64,000 nt of DNA, taken from contig OY969108.1 in the NCBI GenBank assembly GCA_963697965.1, forward strand, positions 246,467-310,466, given 5' to 3'. The stretch's first letter is position 1; each line of letters opens with the position of its first letter. The notes under the pieces are model-generated. The model had not been told where the DNA came from, made no database searches, and saw only the letters and a list, made by a program, of their open reading frames with translations. Made by a program: the position numbers and the translations under genes. The stretch comes from an uncultured delta proteobacterium. Lineage in GTDB: Bacteria; Desulfobacterota; Desulfobaccia; Desulfobaccales; 0-14-0-80-60-11. Shown here piece after piece: positions 53,908 through 64,000 of the stretch.

Positions 53908-54555
53908 ATGCTGATCCTGGCCCTGGATACCGCCACCGACAACGGCAGCCTGGCCCTGGTGGAAGACGAGGAGTCCCTGGGGGAATCAACCCTTGCGGGA
54001 GCCAACGCCTATTTGGTCCGCCTGCTGCCCCGGCTGGCGGCCCTGTTTGCCGCCGCCGGGCGGGACCCCACCGAGCTGGGGGCCATCGGCGTCAGCGTGG
54101 GGCCTGGCAACTTCACCGGCTTGCGTATCGGCTGCGCCACGGCCAAGACCCTGGCCTGGTCCCTGGGCTGCCCCCTGGTGCCGGTGCCCACCCTGGACGT
54201 GCTGGCGGCCCAGGTTCCCTTTCAACCCCAGAGAATCGGGGTGGTCATGGACGCCAAGAGGAACGAGGTCTACTGGGGCCTGTACCGCTGCCCGGCGGAC
54301 CAGCCCCTGGTCGAGACCGAGCCCGTCCGCCTGCCCCTGGCCGAACTCTACCGCCGTCTGACGCCGCCCCTGATCCTCACCGGTCCCTGGGTGAGTTCCC
54401 TGGGGGACTTGCCTGCGGGGGTGGCGCTGGCGGCCCCGGAAAGCCGCTATCCCCGGGCGGCCACCGTGGCCCGCCTGGCCCGGCGGCGCCTTTCGGCTGG
54501 CCTGGCCGCCTCGCCCCAACAACTGGCGCCCATCTACCTGCGGCCGGCCCTGTGA
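53908..54555 (+). CDS. tsaB: tRNA t6A biosynthesis protein TsaB
   Basis: MLILALDTAT..., GPGNFTGLRIG motif; 215 aa. Confidence 0.8.
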   Translation: MLILALDTATDNGSLALVEDEESLGESTLAGANAYLVRLLPRLAALFAAAGRDPTELGAIGVSVGPGNFTGLRIGCATAKTLAWSLGCPLVPVPTLDVLAAQVPFQPQRIGVVMDAKRNEVYWGLYRCPADQPLVETEPVRLPLAELYRRLTPPLILTGPWVSSLGDLPAGVALAAPESRYPRAATVARLARRRLSAGLAASPQQLAPIYLRPAL

Positions 54556-54672
54556 TCTCCATGGGGCGGCTCCCTCTCATCCCCACCAGCCCTCCCAGGC
54601 CCAAAGATGGTTGACATCTGGGTAGACCCGTGATAAATACCAGTTTTAACCCATCAATATTGCAGGACTTTT

Positions 54673-56049
54673 ATGCCCCTGGCGTTAGCCCCCGCAGCCG
54701 CTTGCGGCTCCGATGATCACTATATCTCTACCTGCCTGGCCCTGGCCCAAGAAAAGTTGAGCCAGTTCTCCTCCATTGCGGAAATCGCCGCCCAGGAACG
54801 TCTCTTGAACCGCTATCCCCGCCTGGAGCTCCTGGAGGGGCCCCGCCGGGTGCTGGTCCTGGAAGACGGCGACGGCGCCGCCCGGCTGTCCCGGGCTCAG
54901 GCTGCGGTCCTCCGGGGCGAGGTGCTCTTCGAGCACGCCGCCGCCGGGGAAGGCTCCCGCCTGACGCTGGGCCCCAAATATTTCCTCAATATCGCCCGGG
55001 AGCTAAACGTCCCGCAACTGGCCCATCTCCTCAGCCAGGAGAGCGGCCAGCCGATAACTCCGGAGGCCGTGGCGAGCAGCCTCGAGTGCCCCCCCCAGGA
55101 GCTGCTGCCCCTGTCCCTGGGCACCCGCCACATGCTACAACTGGCCTTCGATCTGGAAAAGGTGGCCCGCGGGCTGGGGGAAGACCCCAGGGAGGTCTTG
55201 GGCCGCCAGCACCTGCTTCTGATCGTTTCCGAGGAAATGCTGGCCCATCTGGAGAAAGAGTTCTACCAATGGAAATTCTTCGGATTTCGGCCTTCCCAGG
55301 TTTTTTTCATGGTGCAAAACAGCTACCATGGATTGAACCTTAAGGAAGGAAGGTTTTTTTACGACCGGCTAAGTCCCAGGCGTCTCCATAACCACGGCCA
55401 GATGGTGATGCAGCAAACCCTGGACCGGCAGCTCTTTTCCCTGGCGGGGGACCATCCCCGGGAACGGGTCTATCACCCCCGGGAGGCGGTTGACCAGTGG
55501 CTGCAGAGGTTCTCGGACAAAATCTCCTATAATATCGAGGATCTGGACTATCTGACCGGTTCCCTCGATTTCGCCGGCCTGGGGCTGGCCCTGGAATTGG
55601 GGCAACAGGGGTACCGGATGGTCATGGAAGTGGTGGCCAACAACCCCCAAAAGCCCCAAAAGGGCGGCCTGCTGGCCTGGGACCCCGGTCTCTCCCGGGA
55701 TGTGATGGTGGAAAGTTTCCAGTTGGGGGAGAGGTCGCCGGGAGACATCCATTACCTGAACCGGAATTTCAATCATTACCCCCAGCCCGTGGTGAGCTGG
55801 CGGCAGGTGGGAGAGACGGGCCTGCCCATGCCCATCGCGGTCAAGGACGGCTTCCTCCATTTCCAGCCGGTGCAGGGGGACATCAATTTTCTGGTGAAGA
55901 CCACCTATTTCCGCCGCCGGGAGCTGCGCCCCATCCGCAGTTTAAAGAGCCCCGCCTCTCTGCCGCTGGCGGTCAACCGCATGCATGCCCAAGACCGCCA
56001 GCCGGGATTCCGGGAATTCCTGCGGCGCGGTTTCCTGAGGAGCCTATGA
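54673..56049 (+). CDS. hypothetical protein (possible UDPGP-type nucleotidyltransferase)
   Basis: 458-aa ORF with a 4-nt overlap with rng. AAAGEGSRLTLGPK is reminiscent of the LAGGQGTRLG..PK motif; otherwise unrecognised. Confidence 0.55.
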   Translation: MPLALAPAAACGSDDHYISTCLALAQEKLSQFSSIAEIAAQERLLNRYPRLELLEGPRRVLVLEDGDGAARLSRAQAAVLRGEVLFEHAAAGEGSRLTLGPKYFLNIARELNVPQLAHLLSQESGQPITPEAVASSLECPPQELLPLSLGTRHMLQLAFDLEKVARGLGEDPREVLGRQHLLLIVSEEMLAHLEKEFYQWKFFGFRPSQVFFMVQNSYHGLNLKEGRFFYDRLSPRRLHNHGQMVMQQTLDRQLFSLAGDHPRERVYHPREAVDQWLQRFSDKISYNIEDLDYLTGSLDFAGLGLALELGQQGYRMVMEVVANNPQKPQKGGLLAWDPGLSRDVMVESFQLGERSPGDIHYLNRNFNHYPQPVVSWRQVGETGLPMPIAVKDGFLHFQPVQGDINFLVKTTYFRRRELRPIRSLKSPASLPLAVNRMHAQDRQPGFREFLRRGFLRSL

Positions 56050-57779
56050 CCCAGCCTCGGAAGATGTATATCAATGTGGCGGACCCGGAGGAATTCCGGG
56101 TAGTCATCGTGGCCGAAGGGCAGTTGGATGAGTTTGCCCTGGAAACCTCGGCCCGGGAGCAGACCAAGGCCAACATTTACAAGGCGGTGGTGGTCAACAT
56201 CGAGCCCAGCCTCCAGGCCGCCTTCGTCAACTACGGCGGTGAGCGCCATGGATTTTTACCCATCTCCGAGGTGCATCCCGACTACTACCAGGAAAAGGTC
56301 CAGGGCCAAGGCCAGACCAAGATCCAGCGGGTCCTGCGCAAAGGCCAGGAGATCATCGTCCAGGTTTACAAGGAAGAGACCGCCAGCAAGGGGGCCTATC
56401 TAAGCACTTACATATCCATGCCGGGGCGCAACCTGGTGCTCCTGCCCAAACAGGCCCACCTGGGGATTTCCCGCAAGATCGAAAAGGAAGATGAGCGCCT
56501 GCGCCTCAAGGAGCTGGCGCAGGAAATCGGCCTGCCCCCGGAGATGGGTCTCATCATCCGCACTGCCGGGCAGCAGGCCAAGACCAAGGACCTGGCCAAG
56601 GACCTCCAATTTCTCCTGCGGCAATGGGAAAACCTGAACCGCACCGCAGCCGAACAAAAGGCTCCCTGCCTGCTCTACCGGGACCTGGACCTGATCACCC
56701 GCTCCGTCCGGGATTATCTTACCCCGGATATCAACTCCATTCTGGTGGACGACCCGGAAGCCTTCCAGCAATTGCGCGGCTGGCTGCTGATGGCGGCGCC
56801 CCGCCAGCTTCAGGCCCTGAAGCTCTACAAGGACCCGCTGCCCATCTTCAGCCGCTACCAACTGGAGGAGCAACTGGACAGCATCTACGCCGAGCTGGTC
56901 CCCTTGAAATCCGGGGGCAGCATCGTCATCAACCCCACCGAGGCCCTGGTGTCCATCGACGTCAACTCCGGCCGCAGCACCAGTCAGAAAGACCTGGAAG
57001 AGACGGCCCTGAAATCGAACCTGGAGGCCGCCCAGGAAGTGGCGCGGCAGCTTCGCCTGCGGGACCTGGGGGGCCTGGTGGTCATCGATTTCATCGACAT
57101 GCGGGACAAGAAACACCAGAAGGAGGTGGAGGCGGCCCTGAAGCAGAGCCTGAAACGGGACAAGGCCCGGGTGTCAGTGGGCCACCTGTCCAAGTTCGGC
57201 CTGCTGGAGCTCTCCCGGCAGCGCCTGCGCCCCACCGCCGAGGCCAGCGCCTATAACCCCTGCCCCGTCTGCCAGGGGCGAGGCCGCCTTAAGACGGTGC
57301 CCACCCTCGGTCTCAGCCTGCTGCGGCAGATCAGCGTCCAGGTGGCGCAAAATCCCATCCAGGAAGTCCGGGCCCTGGTGCCCCTGGAGGTGGGTAATTT
57401 CCTCCTCAATCAGAAACGCCGGGAAATTCTGGCCCTGGAAGAGCAATATCACCTCCGCATCATGCTCACTTCTTCGGCCGGCCTGTCCCTGGAGGAGGTC
57501 CAACTCGAATTCATTAAACGGGAGGCCGCGGAGCCCAAAGGCGAGGCCGCGGAGCCCAAAGCGGAGGCCGCGGAGCCTAAAGGCGAGGCCGCGGAGCCCA
57601 AAGCGGAGCCTCGCAAGTCGAGGCGGAGCCGTAGGCGGGGGCCCAGACGGGGGTCCAGACGCGGCCCCAAGGAAGGGCCCCAGGAGACCCAGGCCCAGGA
57701 GACCTCTACCCAGGAGGCCTCTACCCAGGAGCCGCCAGCCGCGCCGGCGTCCCCGGCCCCGACCCCGGAGCCGGAGTAA
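56046..57779 (+). CDS. rng: ribonuclease G/E family endoribonuclease
   Basis: S1 domain (NIYKAVVVNIEPSLQAAFVNYG), DNase-I-like core (ALVSIDVNSG) and CPVCQGRG zinc link. Repetitive acidic/basic tail. Confidence 0.85.
   Translation: MTQPRKMYINVADPEEFRVVIVAEGQLDEFALETSAREQTKANIYKAVVVNIEPSLQAAFVNYGGERHGFLPISEVHPDYYQEKVQGQGQTKIQRVLRKGQEIIVQVYKEETASKGAYLSTYISMPGRNLVLLPKQAHLGISRKIEKEDERLRLKELAQEIGLPPEMGLIIRTAGQQAKTKDLAKDLQFLLRQWENLNRTAAEQKAPCLLYRDLDLITRSVRDYLTPDINSILVDDPEAFQQLRGWLLMAAPRQLQALKLYKDPLPIFSRYQLEEQLDSIYAELVPLKSGGSIVINPTEALVSIDVNSGRSTSQKDLEETALKSNLEAAQEVARQLRLRDLGGLVVIDFIDMRDKKHQKEVEAALKQSLKRDKARVSVGHLSKFGLLELSRQRLRPTAEASAYNPCPVCQGRGRLKTVPTLGLSLLRQISVQVAQNPIQEVRALVPLEVGNFLLNQKRREILALEEQYHLRIMLTSSAGLSLEEVQLEFIKREAAEPKGEAAEPKAEAAEPKGEAAEPKAEPRKSRRSRRRGPRRGSRRGPKEGPQETQAQETSTQEASTQEPPAAPASPAPTPEPE
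57522..57611 (+). repeat. 21-nt tandem repeat x4.3 (GAGGCCGCGGAGCCCAAAGGC/GCG) encoding (EAAEPKG/A)n
   Basis: Read directly, within the RNase G/E C-terminal tail. Confidence 0.9.
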
Positions 57780-57866
57780 AGAACCATAAAACCCGGAGAC
57801 CCCGGAGTGCTCCTGGTGGATCGGTCCCGGGGCGCCCGGCGGGAGTGCTAGCAAGGAGCAACGCGT

Positions 57867-59525
57867 ATGCGCAGCAACCTGATGAAGTTGGGCCTCGAAA
57901 AATATCCCCACCGCTCCCTCTTCAAGGCCATGGGGCTCACCGACCGGGAGATCGACCAACCCCTGATCGGGGTGGCCAATTCCTTTAACGAATTCATCCC
58001 CGGCCACCTGCACCTGAACCAGATCACCCAGGCGGTGAAGGCGGGGGTGCGCCTGGCGGGCGGCACTCCCCTGGAGTTTGGGGTCATCGGCGTCTGCGAC
58101 GGCCTGGCCATGCACCACCAGGGGATGAAATATTCCCTGCCTTCCAGGGAACTCATCGCCGATTCCGTGGAGGTGATGGCCACCGCCCACCCGGTGGATG
58201 GCCTGGTCCTGGTGGCCAACTGCGACAAGATCATCCCGGGCATGCTCATGGCAGCCCTGCGTCTCAATATCCCGGCGATCCTGATCTCCGGCGGCCCCAT
58301 GCTGGCCGGACGTTACCAGGGGAAGGAAGTGGACCTGATCACGGTGTTTGAGGGGGTGGGGGCCGTCAAGGCCGGGAAGATCTGCGAAGACGAATTGAAG
58401 GACCTGGCGGAGTGCGCCTGCCCCGGCTGCGGCTCCTGCGCCGGCATGTTCACCGCCAACTCGATGAATTGCCTCAGCGAAGCGGTGGGGCTGGCCCTGC
58501 CGGGCAACGGCACCATCCCCGCGGTGCACGCGGCCCGCTTTCGCCTGGCCAAGGAGGCCGGCTTCAGGATCATGGATATGGTGAACCGCCAGGTCCTGCC
58601 CCGGGAGATTGCCACCCTGGAGGCCTTTAAAAACGCCATCGCAGTGGACATGGCCCTGGGGTGCTCCACCAACACCGTGCTGCACGTTCCCGCCATCGCC
58701 TGGGAGGCCGGCATTGACCTGTCCCTGGACCTGTTTAACGACCTTTCCGACCGCACCCCGCACCTCTGCTCCATGAGCCCTGCCGGGCCGCATCACCTGG
58801 AGGACCTGGACCGGGCCGGCGGCATCCCCGCGGTCATGAAGGTTCTCATGTCGGCGGGGCTGGTGCAGGGCTCGCCCCTCACCGCCAGCGGCCGGAGCGT
58901 GGCAGAAAACCTGGCCGCCGTCCAGGTATTGGACCAGGAGGTCATCCGCCCCATGGCCAACGCCTACCATCCCCATGGGGGCATCGCCATCCTCCGGGGC
59001 AACCTGGCTCCCGACGGCGCCGTGGTGAAACAATCGGCGGTGGAGGCCGGGATGCTGGTGCATGAAGGCCCCGCCCGGGTCTTCGATGCCGAAGAGGAGG
59101 CCACCCGGTCCATCCTGGACGGCCAGATCAAGCCCGGCGACATCGTGGTGATTCGCTACGAAGGCCCGAGGGGCGGCCCCGGCATGCGGGAGATGCTCAC
59201 CCCCACCTCGGCTATCTCCGGTATGGGCCTCGATAAAGACATAGCCCTGCTCACCGACGGCCGTTTCAGCGGCGGCACCCGGGGGGCGGCCATCGGCCAC
59301 ATCTCGCCGGAGGCCGCGGACGGCGGACCCATCGCCCTGGTTCAGGAGGGCGACCGCATCAGGATCGATATCCCGGGCAAGGCCCTGACCTTGTTGGTGG
59401 AGGAAGAGGAGATTAAGAAGCGCCAGGCTGGATGGCGGGCGCCTGCGCCCAAGATTCAGCACGGCTACCTCGCCCGCTACGGCCGCATGGTGTCCTCGGG
59501 CAGCCAGGGTGCGGTGTGCAAGTGA
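57867..59525 (+). CDS. ilvD: dihydroxy-acid dehydratase
   Basis: [24 protein letters not shown] and LTDGRFSGG motifs; 552 aa. Confidence 0.92.
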   Translation: MRSNLMKLGLEKYPHRSLFKAMGLTDREIDQPLIGVANSFNEFIPGHLHLNQITQAVKAGVRLAGGTPLEFGVIGVCDGLAMHHQGMKYSLPSRELIADSVEVMATAHPVDGLVLVANCDKIIPGMLMAALRLNIPAILISGGPMLAGRYQGKEVDLITVFEGVGAVKAGKICEDELKDLAECACPGCGSCAGMFTANSMNCLSEAVGLALPGNGTIPAVHAARFRLAKEAGFRIMDMVNRQVLPREIATLEAFKNAIAVDMALGCSTNTVLHVPAIAWEAGIDLSLDLFNDLSDRTPHLCSMSPAGPHHLEDLDRAGGIPAVMKVLMSAGLVQGSPLTASGRSVAENLAAVQVLDQEVIRPMANAYHPHGGIAILRGNLAPDGAVVKQSAVEAGMLVHEGPARVFDAEEEATRSILDGQIKPGDIVVIRYEGPRGGPGMREMLTPTSAISGMGLDKDIALLTDGRFSGGTRGAAIGHISPEAADGGPIALVQEGDRIRIDIPGKALTLLVEEEEIKKRQAGWRAPAPKIQHGYLARYGRMVSSGSQGAVCK

Positions 59526-59820
59526 GGGGGAGGCGAATTGCCTTCCCTGGGCGACTCCTAAGACGGGATATTCAGGCAAACACCTTCAGGTTTTCATCCG
59601 GATACTAATGAGAATTTAGCCAACTGCGCCACTTTTCGACCTTCCCGGCGGGAAGCGAAGGGGAAGGGTCCCATAACTGGCAGGCCAGCGCGGTATCGGT
59701 CAAACGTACGGTTAATAAAAAATCTAATAAAAAAAATGACTTGACCCGGTTATCGACCAAACCCCAACCCCTTATTAATACTGTTAACTATTCTTAAATA
59801 ATTTTGGGAGAACCTAAGAC

Positions 59821-60954
59821 ATGCAGGTGAAGATCAATCGGGAAACCTTGTTGAAGGGAGTGGGACGGACCCTGGGAGTGGTGGATCGCCGGGGCACCAT
59901 GCCTATTTTGAGCAATTTTCTCATGCAAACCGAGACCAACCAGGTGCGCATCGCGGCCACCGATTTGGAGGTGAGTTTCCGCGGCTTCTACCCGGCCGAG
60001 ATTCTGGAGCCCGGGGCGGTCACCATCCAGGCCCACTACTTCTTCAACCTCATCAAGGAACTTCCGGGCGATACCCTGGATCTGAGGGCCACGGATAAAG
60101 GGGGGATGAAGATTTTGGCCGGGGATTCCCGGTACCAACTGAACGGCCTGCCCGCGGACCAGTTTCCCCCGGTGCCGGAGATCGCCGAGCAGAACCTGGT
60201 GGAGGTGGAGAGCCACATGGTGAAGGAGATGATCGAAAAGACCATCTTCTCGGTTTCCCTCGACGATCTGCAATATCATCTCTCCAGCATCTTCTGGGAG
60301 CGTCTGGAGGTGGACAACGGCTTCCTGCTGCGCCTCATCTCCACCGACGGCCACCGCCTCACCCTGATCGAGCGCCCCTTGCCCGGCAGCGAGAACCTGT
60401 CCATCGAGAAGGGCATTCTAATCCCCCGGAAAGGCATGGCCGAGGTGATCCGGTTCCTGGCGGAAGAGGAAAAGGTCTCCCTGGGGCTGAGCACCCAGAG
60501 CCTGGCCCTGCGGGCCGATGACCATTACCTCTTTATCCGGCTGCTGACGGACAAGAAATTCCCGGAATACCGCCGCATCATCCCGGAAACCTTCTCTTAC
60601 CGCTTCGCCATCAACCGCCGGGAGTTCGCCGAGGCCATCAAGCGCATCTCGCTCCTGTCCAGCGAGCGCTTCAAGGGCGTCATCCTGAATCTCACCAGCG
60701 AGCGGGTGGAGGTCTCCTTCACCAACCCGGAGGTGGGGGAAGGCCAGGAAACGGTGCCCGTGTTCATGGAGGCCGGTGACCCGGCCGGCTTGCCCCTGGA
60801 GGTGGGCTTCAACGCCCGCTATTTCACGGAACCCCTCAACGCCATGGAGAGCGAAATGGTGATCCTGGAGCTCAACGACAAGGACCGTCCCTGCCGCCTG
60901 GTGGACCAGGGCGATCCCCACTATTTCAGCATCATCATGCCCATGAGCTTGTAG
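59821..60954 (+). CDS. dnaN: DNA polymerase III beta sliding clamp
   Basis: 377 aa; MQVKINRETLLKGV..., LRLISTDGHRL and MPMSL C-terminus. Confidence 0.9.
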   Translation: MQVKINRETLLKGVGRTLGVVDRRGTMPILSNFLMQTETNQVRIAATDLEVSFRGFYPAEILEPGAVTIQAHYFFNLIKELPGDTLDLRATDKGGMKILAGDSRYQLNGLPADQFPPVPEIAEQNLVEVESHMVKEMIEKTIFSVSLDDLQYHLSSIFWERLEVDNGFLLRLISTDGHRLTLIERPLPGSENLSIEKGILIPRKGMAEVIRFLAEEEKVSLGLSTQSLALRADDHYLFIRLLTDKKFPEYRRIIPETFSYRFAINRREFAEAIKRISLLSSERFKGVILNLTSERVEVSFTNPEVGEGQETVPVFMEAGDPAGLPLEVGFNARYFTEPLNAMESEMVILELNDKDRPCRLVDQGDPHYFSIIMPMSL

Positions 60955-61007
60955 GGCGCGGCTGGCCTGGTGGGGCGGGCGTCCCTGCCCGCCATTCGGG
61001 AATTGGG

Positions 61008-61463
61008 ATGGAAAAGGACAAAATCTTCAGGCGTTACGCGGACAGGGTCGGATACCGGGACGCCGAGAGGGAGGCGTTCCAGGAGGGTGACCCGCGGCTC
61101 AGGCACATTGACCGGCTGGCCCGGGTGGCGGCCCGCTATTCCCTCGCCGCCGAGGTGGTGAAGGCGCGCCACTGCAACTCCGGCTACCGGGTGGGCGACC
61201 GGTTCATCCTGGACGTGGACGGCAATTTTCTCACCAGGCTGTGCCCCCCGCGGCTGTGCGTCTACCTGGTCTCCCAACTGGCGGTGCCGGTGGCCCTGAT
61301 CAACGAACGCCTGGGCGAGGGGTTGGACCCCAACCCGTTTCATTTCATGCATCAGGTACGCTGCCTGGATGTGGGGGTCGAATGCGGCGGCTATGGCGAG
61401 GTGCTGCTGGAAATTAAAGTCGTGCCCCGGATTAAAGGTAGTCAAGCCGTTATTCCCGATTGA
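61008..61463 (+). CDS. hypothetical Cys-rich protein (TIGR04076-like?) in the position usually held by recF
   Basis: 151 aa; HCNSGYRVGDRF...LCPPRLC...VRCLDVGVECGG pattern. Family assignment is from memory only. Confidence 0.45.
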   Translation: MEKDKIFRRYADRVGYRDAEREAFQEGDPRLRHIDRLARVAARYSLAAEVVKARHCNSGYRVGDRFILDVDGNFLTRLCPPRLCVYLVSQLAVPVALINERLGEGLDPNPFHFMHQVRCLDVGVECGGYGEVLLEIKVVPRIKGSQAVIPD

Positions 61464-61730
61464 TAAAAGAGGCGTTTCCTGATATAAATTTGACCATGGG
61501 GACGCGTCACACCGAGCGGCACCGGTTCCGGAAGGGCGTCCAAGAGCCTCCCTGTCAAAGCACTCTCCCCCCCAACCGTGAATGAACCGTTTAGCGGGAC
61601 CAGCAAGATTCCCGGGGAGTGAAGGGTGTGCCAACGAGAGCGCAGGGACGGTATTTTTAGCAACCTATTACATTGTTCCTAAATTAGCTTGAAATGATAT
61701 CAGGACCGGAAGGCTGGATTTGGGATGGTT

Positions 61731-61816
61731 AAGTCCCCCTTTGAAAAAGGGGGATTTAAGGAGATTTCAAGAGATTATATTAAATCCCCCCTACCCCCCT
61801 TTTCCAAGGGGGGGGG
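61731..61816 (+). repeat. composite two-hairpin element (CCCCCTTTGAAAAAGGGGG ... CCCCCCTTTTCCAAGGGGGG)
   Basis: Paralog of 48061-48145. Confidence 0.8.
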
Positions 61817-61917
61817 TTAAAAATTAGTCATTTTCATAAGCAATTGCGGAACAGACCACTAGGTTCAGGATGACAGCAAAATCAGCGCTTACGGGATGAC
61901 TTGCCCAGCGCCGGCCA

Positions 61918-61945
61918 TAGGGGCGGGTTTTAAACCCGCCCCTAC
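61918..61945. repeat. TAGGGGCGGGTTTTAAACCCGCCCCTAC palindrome
   Basis: Perfect 12-bp arms around TTTAAA. Same family as 50401-50429 and 19218-19245. Confidence 0.9.
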
Positions 61946-61965
61946 AGAAGAAAATCAGCGCTTAA

Positions 61966-64000
<2,035 letters not shown>

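Noticed and set aside
57174-59579. 801-aa ORF on the minus strand
   Set aside because: It is antisense to ilvD and the rng tail. The sequence is low-complexity and Gly/Arg/His/Pro-rich. The conserved motifs ([24 protein letters not shown]) are on the plus strand.
59526-59820. oriC upstream of dnaN
   Set aside because: It is AT-rich, but I find only one imperfect DnaA box (TTATCGACC), no cluster, and no dnaA gene nearby. The evidence is insufficient to call an origin.
61470-61660. SRP (4.5S) RNA or riboswitch, prompted by CCGGAAGGGCG and GGGACGC strings
   Set aside because: It does not match the conserved SRP domain IV sequence (GGUCCGGAAGGAAGCAGCC) or the c-di-GMP-I core as I recall them. 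No terminator or clear closing helix is present. I left it as unexplained sequence.

Overview
GC-rich (roughly 60%) chromosomal window that looks like a sulfate/sulfite-respiring Desulfobacterota-type bacterium. It carries a complete dsrMKJOP operon, a cobA/hemD fusion, an archaeal-type apgM-family gene and the dnaN-gyrB locus. From left to right: (1) The tail of a C-P lyase phosphonate cluster (phnJ end, GNAT, phnK, phnL, phnM), extended by a TIM-barrel gene and an alkaline-phosphatase-superfamily gene. (2) A lower-GC accessory island of about 6 kb (about 5550-11570) that abuts the 3-prime end of tRNA-Glu. It holds two truncated gene remnants fused head to head, a frameshifted two-HKD phospholipase-D-family gene, and two small operons of uncharacterised proteins. 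The first operon encodes two Rx4H/HEPN-like proteins; the second encodes an LMW phosphotyrosine phosphatase coupled to an unknown protein. Related ~30-nt repeat copies sit at the module boundaries. I saw no integrase, transposase or CRISPR. (3) Housekeeping genes: tRNA-Glu/Lys, tmk, pyrBC, DUF362 Fe-S protein, hemerythrin-like gene, cobA/hemD, uvrD-family helicase, radical SAM, secDF, purQ-like, an aminotransferase-hom-unknown-apgM operon, dsrMKJOP plus ferredoxin, usp, crp/fnr, livKHMGF, M20 peptidase, mce, dxr, rseP, tsaB, rng, ilvD, dnaN and gyrB (3-prime end outside the window). Many intergenic regions carry families of GC-rich palindromes and 7-nt word repeats. These often sit exactly on stop or start codons and occur as inverted pairs. 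Three otherwise conserved genes (PLD, hemerythrin-like, dsrK) are each split by what looks like one extra base. The most interesting candidates are the repeat-delimited island modules and a membrane/coiled-coil protein with a RelE/ParE-like C-terminus inside the hom operon. All functional calls rest on motifs recognised by eye; no database search or folding was possible.
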